Made by a program: the position numbers and the translations under genes. The notes under the pieces were generated by a model that searched no databases, was not told where the DNA came from, and was given only the letters and a program-made list of their open reading frames with translations. A stretch of 64,000 nucleotides of DNA from Cycas panzhihuaensis (Eukaryota; Plantae; Cycadophyta): contig CM041465.1 of assembly GCA_023213395.1 (NCBI GenBank), forward strand, positions 185,759,741 through 185,823,740, written 5' to 3'. Shown here piece after piece: positions 1 to 11,827 of the stretch (the first letter of the stretch is position 1; every line of letters begins with the position of its first letter).

Positions 1-132
1 CTATAAAACACATAGCTTGGAGGAATGCCATGAATGAAGAGTATCAATCTCTTATAAAAAATGGTATATGGGAGGTCATCAACTTACCACTTAGAAGAAA
101 GATAATTTGAAACAAATGGGTGTATACACATA

Positions 133-173
<41 letters not shown>

Positions 174-1144
174 GATGGTACTCTTGAAAAATATAAGGCG
201 AGATTAGTAGCAAAGGGATTCACATAAAGGGAAGGTATTGACTACACTAAAGTATTTATACCTATAATCAAATGGCCCATAATCAAAACTCTTATGGCCT
301 TGGTAGCTCAACAGGGTTGGAAGATTTACTGGCTTGATGTAAAAACTGCATTTCTCAATGGTGATCTTGAAGAAGAAATCTACATGGCTCAGGTTGAAGG
401 ATTTAAGATTATTGGTCTAGAGCATAAGGTGTGTAAGTTCAAAAAGTCCTTGTACATCCTTAAACAAGTCCCTCGTGCTTGGTTCACCAAGTTGTCAGAA
501 AGAATGAGGCAACTTGGATATGAAGTTTGTGACTACTAGGATATTGATGTAACATTATTCATTAAACATAAAAAAGATAAAGTCACTTATCTCTTAGTCT
601 TTATGAACAATATGCTTATAATGGGGAATAATGAATAGGTAATTATCTAGCTAAAGAAGGACTTAGCTAAAACGTTTAAACTATCTAACCTTAAATTGAT
701 GAAATACTACTTGGGAATTGAAGTCACTCAAAAATATGGCAAAGTTTTTCTTTCTCAAGAAAAGTACATCAACAATCTTCTAACAAAGTTTTAGTTGGAA
801 GATGCTCGAACTATAACTACTCTAATGGAACCCAATATCAAACTGACAACTGATGATGATGATTGAGAGGTAGACACAACACTTCACCCAAACAAGTCCT
901 ACTAGCCTTCATGTAGATAATCAATTAGCAATCCACATGGTAAAAAATCTTGTATTTCACAATCGTACTAAACATATAAATATAAAAGTAAAAAAAAATC
1001 AAGAATTAGTTCATGATGGCATAATTCAATTAGTGTACTATCCCACAACAGATCAAGTAGCTGATATTATCACCAAACCACTACAAAAGGTGAAGTTTGA
1101 ATAATTTTATAAGTAGATCGGCCTTCAGGCCTCTATCTCTAACT
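1..1144 (+). pseudogene. Degenerate copia pol (RT-RNase H) with stops, a microsatellite insertion and a ~407 bp deletion at 886/887
   Basis: RT/RH motifs broken by TAG/TAA/TGA; the paralog at 34191-34597 contains the segment missing here. Confidence 0.9.
124..172. repeat. (CA)n microsatellite inside RT coding sequence
   Basis: Directly visible; absent from the paralog at ~33471-33493. Confidence 0.97.
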
Positions 1145-1565
1145 GATTGGAGGAGATGACAATAAGATCTTTATTCTCTATTTTATTTTTGCAAATACCT
1201 TGTGGGCATGAAAGAATAAGAGTAAGTCTCTACTCTATCCTATTTGTGAAAACCCCTTGTGGGCATGAAAGGATAAGGGTTATACTATTCTTAGAAAATT
1301 AGAACCTATAAAAATCCAAAAGGGCATAGGGGATGACCAAACGATATATAGAGACTCAACAGATTAAGCTACACATTTAAGTTGTTTGGCAATCAGGCTA
1401 CATCAGGAGCCACCTTAGTAATTTTGATTTAAGGGGCTATAGATCTTAGAAAGGTCATGGGTTTTTATTCCCTATGAGTGTTTTCCCATAAAAGTATCAA
1501 TGTAATAATAAGGCTTAAATGAAGACCTTATAGAATAGATTTTAACATAATGACCTTTTACTATT

Positions 1566-1574
1566 AAGGGGGAG
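1566..1574 (+). promoter_or_regulatory. Polypurine tract of family I copy 1
   Basis: AAGGGGGAG, 2 nt before the LTR start TGATAG. Confidence 0.9.
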
Positions 1575-1576
1575 AT

Positions 1577-1882
1577 TGATAGATGTTAATGCATCAAGGT
1601 CATTAGATTAATTATTTGAAGGCAACTTTAGGTAAGCTAAGTCATATAGCTAAATGTAATTTCATTTACATTTAAGTGTAATTTCAAGATCATGTCATTA
1701 AGCAGGAAACTCCTTTGAAAACCCTAATACAGATCCTCTATTATATAAGGTTAAATGTGAAAGGGAGAGTAATAATTCTCACCTCCCATTTTTGCTCTCA
1801 ATATTTTTCTCTTCATTTTTCTCTTATTATGTGCCATTGCTTTAATGTAGTGCAGTGTGATAACTAGATCCTTCATCCAACA
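1577..1882 (+). repeat. 3' LTR of family I copy 1
   Basis: TG...CA after the PPT; matches 35272-35571; TATA-like TATATAAG near 1742; right end uncertain by ~8 nt. Confidence 0.85.
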
Positions 1883-1887
1883 TAACA

Positions 1888-2991
1888 AGCTACGGTTAGT
1901 TCCTTAGTAGGGGTATATCATGTAGATGTGCTTTACCTATTAGAACCTATCTATAAAAACTTATACTACTAAGTGATTCTAGTAGATGTAAGGATATTAG
2001 AGAGTAAATGAGTTGACTCTATGCTAATTCTTTAGGAATGTATTATGAAGCTATGGCTAGTTGAGTGGCCTTCTCTAGAGTGACCATACGGGGCTTTATT
2101 TTTTCACTGCCTATACTATTCAGGATTGTTCAATACTATCTTATGGTTTATCTTGGGATTTATTACCAAGGTTGGAGATGGTGATTCTAATAGGGTTAAG
2201 TTTGTATTACTAGTAGAGACCACCTAATAATCTTGAATTAGAGGAGTGGATAGGCAGCTTTAACAACTTCAATTTGGCCTTTTTTGCCTTACTATATAAA
2301 ATAATATCAATATGATAGCCTAGTACTAGTGCTTTCTTTATAGTGAGTTGAACTCCCATTTATTAGGTTAATTTTCTTTTTATTTCTCATTCATCTATTT
2401 ACCCATCAAGTTCTTTAAACTCCTGCATTAATCATTATATATTTTGATTAAGTGAAACACATTTCATTATCAATCAATCAAGCGCTTTCTTGTTTAATCC
2501 TTTTTCAAATTTATAAAATATAGATTCAAATACAATCTTAATTCACACTAGGCATACAAGTTATTTTAGATGGAAACTATGAGTATTACATTTCTACATC
2601 AATAACCTTTTAAAGAGCCTTTAGCATAGACCCCTTAATTCAAAAGGAGGTTGGCTTGTGTTCTTTTCCTATTTTTATGATAAACTTATTCGAATAAAAT
2701 TTCATAATACTAATATCTAACACTAGGTTAGGAAACACTCTATAAGTGATTTGAAGTGGTAGTATTGTAGAAAATTTTATTACTTAATATATGTCATACC
2801 TATGAATATAAAGTGTATACTTTTACTTTAAATTTATATAAGAATTAATGGGATTATCTGTAAAGCATTTTTTCTATAGTTGATGATAAAAAAATTTATA
2901 TAAAATCATTTGTAAAATGTATTATGCAAAATAATTCATGATGTTTTATATATTTATAATTTTACATTGTTTTATATAAAGCTTTACATAG
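1888..2991. repeat. Core unit segment A, subtype A1 (unclassified repeat)
   Basis: Matches 35577-36680, 45863-46685 and 16129-16757. Confidence 0.9.
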
Positions 2992-3345
2992 TGTTAACGT
3001 GACAACTGTTTGTTAAGCCATAAATTAATGTTAATGTGGTTTAACTAAGATGATTAAGTAAAAAGGTCCAAGTTATTCTGAGGGTCACAACCCTAATTGG
3101 GTGACACCTCTTGGAAGAGTATAAAAGCCTTAAGCCCTTGTGTGTTCTATGTATCGATATTATTGTGTAATAATAAATGTGATTTAGAAGGATCTTTTGT
3201 GGTAGGTTTTTTCCTAAAAGGGTTTTCCCACGTAAATCATGTGTATTATGCATCTATATTCTGTATATATTTTTATTTGCTTGTTGTGTATAGTTAAAGA
3301 TTCTACAAATAGGAACATACCTCCATGATTTCATATTCCTGAATA
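2992..3345 (+). repeat. 5' LTR of family B copy 1
   Basis: TG start, TATAAAA at ~3120, GGGTTTTCCCACGTAAA motif, ends just before the PBS; paralog 36681-37000 ends in CA. Confidence 0.87.
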
Positions 3346-3358
3346 TGGTATCAAAGCC
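3346..3358 (+). promoter_or_regulatory. Primer binding site (tRNA-iMet)
   Basis: TGGTATCAAAGCC, one transition from TGGTATCAGAGCC. Confidence 0.92.
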
Positions 3359-4822
3359 ATAGGGTCCTACACAACTCAAACTTGACATTGAGCAAAGTGG
3401 TGCGATCACCAATTTCTAGGTGAAACTGCCAAACCCAAGACTTGTCTTGAGGGTCCATCATCTCTAACAACATGTAAAAGTAAGCACAATAGATTAGTAG
3501 TAGTTGAAGTAGTGAAAATCACTATTTAATGGAGTATAAAGGTCTATTACAGTCAATAATTAGCCATGAAGGCCATAATTGTAGTATGAGTTAGCCCATT
3601 AGATTTAAGCAAGTGGACCACGTATTGATAGTGATTCAATGACTTTGAGGACAACGATCCATATATACATGTAAGTGAGTCATTTACTCATCTAAGACAC
3701 TATAAAATTTAAAAACGTGTAAGTTTTTTTTGGTATTACCTATATATAGTCTATATAAGAGAGAGATTGGAGCCTATTTAGAATGTTTTCAGTCCTTTAT
3801 ACTGAGATTAGATTGAGTATATAGTAGTACAGAGTATCAACTGCTAAAAGTTTGAGTCTTAGTGTCCTTATATGAGAGAAAGCCTCCCTTATTTCAACCA
3901 TATGCATAAACATAGCCTGCACCTACATGCTAAGAGGTGTTTGGGTGAGTTTTAGTATTGGTTGGGCATGTTTGGGAGGTGGTTAGGCTATGTACAGACT
4001 ATTTACTAGTTGTACTAAAGTTGTTTATACCCATAGCCTTGTTTGTTGGCAACTTGAAGGATGCAATCGATGTATGTACTACAACAATTATTAAACATGT
4101 GGTTGGGCTCTTGTATGAAGTGGCTAGGCTTAGATTTATCTGTATACTAGCTGTATAATAAATGCAAGTCTGTGGTTTAGAGTGTTGGTCCATTCATAGT
4201 GCTTAGGCAAAAATTGAGTTGCAAAAACTATGTCTCTTAGAATCACATAGTTTGACTTATTGTATCACTTTTTTCATGATATTTTACTAAGTTAAGACCA
4301 TAATAATATTATTGAGATGATGTAATGAAAAAATAAAGCACATGGGTTATGTAATGAGGTGTAATTATTCATATAAAGTCGTAATTGTTGGAATATATCC
4401 TTTAGTATATTCTCTTTATAATTGAACTTTATAAAAGGTCCTTAGACCATTGGAAAATTATATTATTTCATAGTGTATTATATTTGAGGACTCCTTGAGC
4501 TATTTTGAGTGTGGATTAAGGAGAGTTTTTATGGTTATAACTTGAAGACCATGCAATTCTACTTTGTGGAGCTATCCCCGTACTTAGAGCACCTTTTGAG
4601 TGACTAAAGGGTCATTTTTTATACTTTTGAGTTCATATAAAGGCATTTTGAAGCCATTTGTGAGGGGATAATAGTTAGTGACTCACTTAACGTATGTATA
4701 GTTGGTGTTTGGTGCCCTCCAAAGTGTGCCCTTGAGTTAGAGGAGGATATAAGGATGCATTGTTTGTCTAAAAGACAATCATTTTGGTGTTATTTGATGT
4801 ATATCGAGGCATGTTTCTCGAG

Positions 4823-6945
4823 ATGGAGCACCTTATGCCCAAGGCTATCTTCAATGGTAATAATTTTAATGAGTGGAAGGCCAATATGGAGCTTATTCTG
4901 ATGGTGAATCAAATCTGGAGTATCACTAAGGCTAAAGTAGATGTGATTCTACTAGACGATAAAGAGTGTGTTCATCTCAAAGAGAAGAAATTTATGGTTG
5001 TGGGGCTATTAAAACTATCATTGGCACTAGACCAGAGAACTTTAATTTACAATCTAGATGAACTAAATGAAATATGGACAAAACTATGTGATTCGTTTGA
5101 GAAGAAGAAGATGAATAGATATCTTACTCTAATGTTGGAGTTACTCAATTCATGTGTGGAAGATTGGAACAACATCAGCTCCTACCTAAATAAGATTACA
5201 GATTTGAAGAATAAGCTAGAAGAACTAAAGTAGAATTTGATCGATGATACGTTATTATTTGTAATAATCATGTCAAAGCTACCAGCTACATTCACCATTT
5301 TTAAGACTATTTATGGTAGAAATGAGGTAATGGAGGCAAAAACTTTTGATAGGCTTAAAAACCTAATTCTAGCAAAAGATGCCAAGCTTAAATATCATGG
5401 TATACTTGGAGGTTTAGAATCAAGTCAGACCCTAGCCATGAACACTTAGAGGAAGGAGGCCGCTAAGGAGGAGGAGAAGATCACATAGAGGTCAAGAGAG
5501 AATTCACAAGACAAGAAGAACTTTAATGGAAAATATAATTACTACAAGAAAGATGGTGATTGAAAAAAAGAACCATTAGTTCAAAAGATGTGACAAGTGC
5601 AAAGTATGCCTGGATGATAAAGGAAAGAGCATTGCTGCTCATTGTGTCAGAGCATAGACCTTATTAGTCGAGTTAGATTAGAGAGATTATTGGGTACTTG
5701 GCTTTAGAGTGTAGAAGTATATCTCCTACTAGAAGTATAACTCTGATACAGTGAATGAAAATCAGAGTGGTATTAAAATTATCCTTAGAGATGCTTGTGT
5801 TTTGCCGATGTAAGGTATCAATGGAGTATTCATTACAAGAGGCATGTTTACCAGGCTATACTATGTACCCAAGATATAGTTGAACCTTCATTTAGCTGAG
5901 GATATTTATAAACAAGGCATGAAGGTGGAGCTTTACAATGATAAATGGCTAATTAAAAATCTAAAGCAAAACTTTGCTATCACTACTATTGGAAAAGTTA
6001 GGGACAACCTCTAGGTATTTGAGAAATTTAAATCTCAGAAGAAGTCTTATGCCTTTGTTACCAACGTTGATGACATGAGTAAACTTTGGTATAATCGCCT
6101 AGGATACCTTAATTATAAAAGCATTACACTATTGAAGAGGTTAAAGATGGTGGATGGATTACCATCGATTTTTTGCTTAGATGGTATTTGTAAAGGGTGT
6201 ATGCATGGCAAGCATCATTGCTACTCTTTTGCTCGAGAGAATGCCTGGAGAGCCAAGGAGAAGTTGAAGCTTGTATATTCAGATATAATGGTTCCTCTCC
6301 TAAACCCTTCTATATTAGTAGCTCGTTATACCCTTGTGTTTGTAGATGGTTATACCAGGAAGGCCTAGGTTTACTTTCTCAAAAATAAGTCAGATGTATT
6401 TAATTGCTTCAGTGACTGGAAAGCGATGGTAGAAAATGAAAGTGACAAAAAGATTAAGTTGTTAAGAAGTGTAATGGCAAGGAATACAACAACCACATGT
6501 TTAATCAATTTTGTTGTAATCATGGTATAAAGTAGGAATTTACAGTCCTGTATACCGCATAATAGAATGGATTTGCTAAACGAAAGAACCGTACTATGAT
6601 AGAGATGACGAGGTTTATGGTGTATGCTAAAAACCTGCCGTTGATGTTTTGGATAGAGGCTGTAGCGACTGCTATTTATATTTTGAACTAGGTACCCACT
6701 CAATTAGTTCGTAGCATGATCCTTGAAGAGAAATAGATCAGTAAAAAACATGTCATTAGACATTTGAGAACCTTTGGATGTATTAAATACACCCATATCC
6801 CAGAGGATACTCATAAGAAGTTAGATCATAAGAGTCTAAAGTGCATATTCATGGGCTATTACAATGAGAATAAAGCCTACAAACTATGGGATCCATAGGG
6901 GAAGAAGATTGTGGTTAGTTGGGATGTAAATTTTAATGAGTCATG
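4823..6945 (+). pseudogene. Degenerate copia gag-protease-integrase
   Basis: ORFs 4784-5233, 5237-5449 and 6075-6368 carry gag (UBN2-like) and integrase motifs; many stops. Confidence 0.88.
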
Positions 6946-7191
6946 AGTAAAATTTATATCTTTTCTATTTGAGTCTTATTATAACAGAGTCCAACTACCT
7001 TACACTGGGATAGAGTGGCATTGAAAGAATACAGTCATCATTCTAATTGCACTCCCCTTCCCCACTCTTAATTTAATTCTTTTTTTCAAAAACAAAAAGG
7101 AAGGAAACAAAAGAAAAAAAAAGAAACAAAAAAGAGAGAAAATAGAAATGTTTCTTTAGGCATATTACTTGTTCTCTTTTTCTTTTTTATG

Positions 7192-7239
<48 letters not shown>

Positions 7240-9034
7240 TCACTTAATAAAAAGGAATCTCTCCTCTTTTTTTCTTTCTTATATACGTGCATCGTATTAG
7301 AACCTTCCAAAATAGTCTTTACATAATTTCTTTTTTTTTTTTGAAAGCTTGAGCAAATGAAGGGATTGCATAGTTGTGAGTCCTTGAACCTATGGGGCAA
7401 TATTGTATTTATAGATAGGATAGCTATTTGTATCCATTCAATAGAAAAGGCATATAGATGTATGCGGGTGTGTGTTTTCTTTTATAGCATACCGTACGCC
7501 CCCACTATTGAAAATTTAAACCATTTACATGCACACATAAACACTTGTGTTGCCCTAGTCTAGCCATTTTTACATTGTTTAAAAGCATAGTACATATCAC
7601 ACCCATATCCAAGAGGCATACAAGTGCCTTGAATAAGGCTTTGGCTCACTTTAACCCTACACACTTGCCATCCATGCCATAGGCTTATGTTTCTAAGTTT
7701 GTTACTTATATTCCACCCTTTCTCACACATATTTCACATGGTTTTTAAATGGGACTTGGCTCATGGTTTTAATAAAACCAATGGGATGTCCATAGTATTA
7801 TCCATGTATTAAATTAGGCCCACATTTGGGCACCATAAATATGTGACCAAATACAACCCTAAAAAATTTGTAACCTCAAAAATTAGTACCATAAAGTTTA
7901 GCACGGTATTGTGAAGAATTTTTGTAGTACCATGAAGTACTAGTAAACATTTACTTGCTAGGCAAAAGAAACCATTGAGTAATACAAGAGCTAAAAAAGA
8001 AAGTGGAACAATCCATAAAATGAGTATAATACAGAGAAATCTTAATAAAATAGGATAAAACACATGAAAACAAAGGCAACATAATAGAATAGGATGAAGA
8101 AGAACACAAGCAAAGTGGCAAAGAAGCAAACGAAGCCTTGTAGAGTTACTAAGTGACCTTTCTTAACCTAGTAAACTTGAAGGGATGGCGAAAATAGCCA
8201 TCGACTATGGTCAAAACCATCATCAACAAAAGGGATAATCAACTCATCTAGCAAATGAATAAGCAAACTCAAGCATACACTCACATACAACTGATCTAAG
8301 TTATATTAAGCTATGTTTAGTAAAGAGTGAGCATGTACCTTCACTAACCTATTGTCATTGTATCCACATCATTCTCAAATTGTAGGAAACAATTGGATGT
8401 TGTTTCTTATTTTTGTTCCATATTTTGATAGTGATGGAAATTTTAGTATGACATGATCTTTATCACTTTATATTATTCAAAGATCTTGTTTTATATTTTC
8501 AACATTTCAAATATTAACTTTTTGGTCTTTCAAATTATCACATCAGACTTTTAGTGGACATCTTCAACATTAATAGGATTTAATGCCTAAGGGTATTATG
8601 TTGATGCAAGAGCTTCTTTCTTTGGTTTATGTTAGGCTCCTAGGTGCTTACAAGAATTTTTTCCCCTTCAAAATATCATTATATAACTTTATAAAGTCCC
8701 CTTTATAAGGGTCATGCGTATCAATTAATAATTAGGGTTTATTAATATTTAATTAAAGGAGTTGATTTAAGAGATTCATTAGTTCATTTTTCAACAAATT
8801 TATTGAATCTTCCCTCTTATTCATTGTATAAATATATCATTCCATCAATAAAATGGATTGAACATTGGTCTTAGGAAATTTAGACTTAGGTTTTGAGATA
8901 ACCAATTCATATTGGTGTATAATTTCTCTAATTTGGCCCTTCTTTTATCTTCTTTTAGTCTTCCTTTATCCTCTTATCTATTTATAGGATTAAGATATCC
9001 TTTTGGAGGCATGTTTCTTAGATGTATATAATCA
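6946..9034. repeat. Unclassified repeat block X (probably non-coding fragments of other LTR elements)
   Basis: Colinear with 40614-42692; no recognisable protein motif. Confidence 0.7.
7195..7238. repeat. (TC)n(TA)n compound microsatellite
   Basis: Directly visible. Confidence 0.97.
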
Positions 9035-11320
9035 TTCTTTATAGAATGATTATATGAAGATAACCTTAAATGGAGTAGTTCTAGTTATGCCATTAAATTT
9101 CCTCACTCAATATAAGTTAATAAAATCAAATATTTTACTATGCTTTTCTTATAATAGCATTCTTCTTAACACCAATATTTTCTCAACACAACTTCCCATA
9201 GTCATCCAAATATACTTTAACTTCATGACCTATTTAATTGGGTAAAACTTTTTCCCAATAGGTTTGGCATTCAATGCCAATTTATTGTTCCACTAATAAG
9301 CTATCTCGAATTTTATTCTGTCAATAAAATCATTATGTATTAATTATTATTTAGGTATTCATACTCCTTTCATCAGTTCCATCTCATGAATAATCAATTT
9401 ATGCTTTATCAAGCAACTCATGTTGAGTTAGGTACCTTTTGTTTGAGTTCTTAGTAATTAAGGAGAGATTCGTGATAGTTAGCATTTAATTAAGTCTAAT
9501 GATCATATGTATTTGCTTTCAATCTAGCACTAGTTATTAACCCTTAAATGTGACATATTTGGTAAGAGTTATTTGATTTAATTGGGTGGTGTAAAACATT
9601 AGTTATTTGGATTGATGTTGCCCTATATTTATTTCCTCTTTTTTCTTTTTCTTTGCCATAGTCTAATAAATCCTTTGCCATGCCACTTAATAGCTGGTAT
9701 TTATAAACTAATTTCTAATGACATTTAAAGGTGTTATTTAATTCTTAATGCAATTGTTTATTCATCAACATATTAGTCTTGACACATCATAGGACTAATC
9801 TATCATGTTAATCATGTTTTCAAACCATTTTATTCATAATTTTATTCTTGAATTATGCCTCATTTGCGTTGATATAGTCACCTTATATAAGTTTATAAAC
9901 TTTGATCAATTAGAGTACTATAACAACAACTTTGAATTTAATTCTATTTGCCTAAAAAGTCACTTAGTTCTCTTTCTCGACACTCATGAAAATACAACAT
10001 AGCCTTTCAATGCTTAAATAAATAAATAAATACTAATTGCTCATTTAGATTTCTTAACACCTCCTCAAATAATGTGATATCATACCACAAAGGCATTATC
10101 TTTTAACACAGAATAACCCTTTTCTTAATAGCAATGTATTAACATCAAAACCTGATCTTTGGCACTATATGATTGCCCCTTTCTATCTCCAGGATGCCTA
10201 TGAAATGTAGACAACGGTTGCTTTGTATTAAGAATGTGCTTGTTTTTGAAATTATCGCAATCAACAAAGTTTTTCTTGGAAAAATTAATACATATTTTCC
10301 AAAACATATATATTTGATATATTGTTTGCTTAAAATAACTTTGATTCATATGTTTCTTTATTTTTTCATTGCTATATAAGTTTGGCAAATAGAGGCATCT
10401 TTCTTTTGGTAATTGAGTCACCCAGGCTTATATTTTCATAATCACATTTTAATAAAATAAATTTAAGTGTTTTAAAATATTTTTAAATTTATATAGGTAT
10501 GAAAATAAGTAAATTTTATTGTTGTGATTTAATTTCGATAGGTGGGTTTAAGTATAATGGTTAGTAAATATAGAGCTAAACATTAAAAAATAGAAAGCCA
10601 TGGGTTCAACTCTTATCAATTCACCTTTCACAAAGTACACATATAATCTAGGATAATTCATTCTCTTTAATACCATTTCATTATTCATTTTAATCTTTAT
10701 ATTATATACTTTAAACAATGGCATTTCACCAAATTACAAGTATAAACTACAATACTCTAATTGATTTAGAGACATCATCTAAACCATTGAACAACTACAT
10801 TTTTATACACTTAAGATCATATTTATCTAAAGGCAAAAGTAAACACTTTGGGATATTTTATAAGTCATCTCATAAGGTATAAAATAACAACTTTCAAACA
10901 ACCAAAACATATTCTTTTCTTAACTTGTCATTATAACAAAATATTGACAAAATTTCAATCAAGTTTTGATGGATTTTAAGTTCTTAAACACATGAATATA
11001 ATCACTTAAAAATGCATTTATTTCAAAGAGAAAATTAGTCATTCACATGTGTTGTTTGGCAAAAACTAACTAACCTCATTTTAAGACATAACACCCTACA
11101 TTTTAATCAACTACTAATAAACACTTAATAAACAAATGGATTAAAATCATATTTACTTGAAAGTTAAAAAGTGAACTTTGAAGGTATTTCATAATAATCA
11201 TTAAATTTTATATTATCGATTAGTTTTTTTTGGACTTATAAAATGCACATACATGTACCTCTAAAATTACATCTATTTCAAAGCATGAATTAATCATGTT
11301 CACGTGCTTTATGATTAGTG
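9035..11320. repeat. Core unit segment C, subtype C1
   Basis: Matches 42693-44970 closely and 19146-21900 more distantly (compare ORFs 9805, 43464 and 19922). Confidence 0.9.
10541..10625 (+). other. Degenerate tRNA-like (SINE-head-like) motif in the core unit; copies at 21119-21203 and 44196-44280
   Basis: GGTGGGT...ATTCACC can pair as an acceptor stem; A-box-like AGTATA(A/G)TGGTTAG; B-box-like GGGTTCAACTC. Confidence 0.45.
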
Positions 11321-11827
11321 TCATATCGACGATATTTTCTCAAAGTTATCAGATTGAGACAAAACTTGGTGGATAGATAGATTGAGAGATGCTCGTCACT
11401 TTTCTCTTCTGCATCAAAGACATTTTAAGATGTTTTAGGGGTTAAATCAACCAATAACTAGCCTGCATAGGATTGAAGGAGGAAACTTTGAAATCTTCTT
11501 AAATCAGTCCTAAGTCCAGGTAACTTTGGATCTAAAACCTTTGAATATTTATTATTAAGTGATTCAATCCATTTTTATTTGAATCCACTAAGTGTTTTGG
11601 CAATTATTTATAATGATGACTTAAAACCCTAATCGGTCATGTAACTATTCGAGGTTGATTTCTCCTATTTAGAAAACAATCTTGTAAAACTGACTTCAGA
11701 TCTAGGTAGATGGTGAAAAAATCTATCTTTTGAGGTATTGCTTGCCCTAATCCATACAATTACGGTTTTATACAAAAATCCATATAATTATATGGCCAGA
11801 CGAGTTAAACTTTCTCTCTCTTCATTA

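Larger units (their letters stand above)
1..1882 (+). mobile_element. Ty1/copia LTR retrotransposon family I, copy 1 (3' half: RT, RNase H, 3' UTR, PPT, 3' LTR); continues beyond the left edge
   Basis: ORF 294-539 carries the copia RT motif LDVKTAFLNGDLEEEIYM; RNase H end DQVADIFTKPL at ~1051-1083; PPT and TG-starting LTR follow; colinear with 33350-35571. Confidence 0.93.
2992..6945 (+). mobile_element. Ty1/copia family B copy 1, 3'-truncated (5' LTR, PBS, long 5' UTR, gag-PR-INT; no RT/RH/3' LTR)
   Basis: LTR starts TGTTAACG; PBS TGGTATCAAAGCC; gag FNGNNFNEWKANME; integrase LWYNRLGYLNY..CKGC, VFVDGYTRK and VVSWDVNFNE, then an abrupt end; duplicate at 36681-40613. Confidence 0.92.

Noticed and set aside
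7809-8129. Hydrophobic ORF suggesting a membrane or env-like protein
   Set aside because: Arises from T-rich low-complexity sequence and is broken in the duplicate (41482-41789).
9805-10002. Short ORF conserved in three copies (9805, 19922, 43464)
   Set aside because: Conservation follows from the DNA duplication; no recognisable domain.
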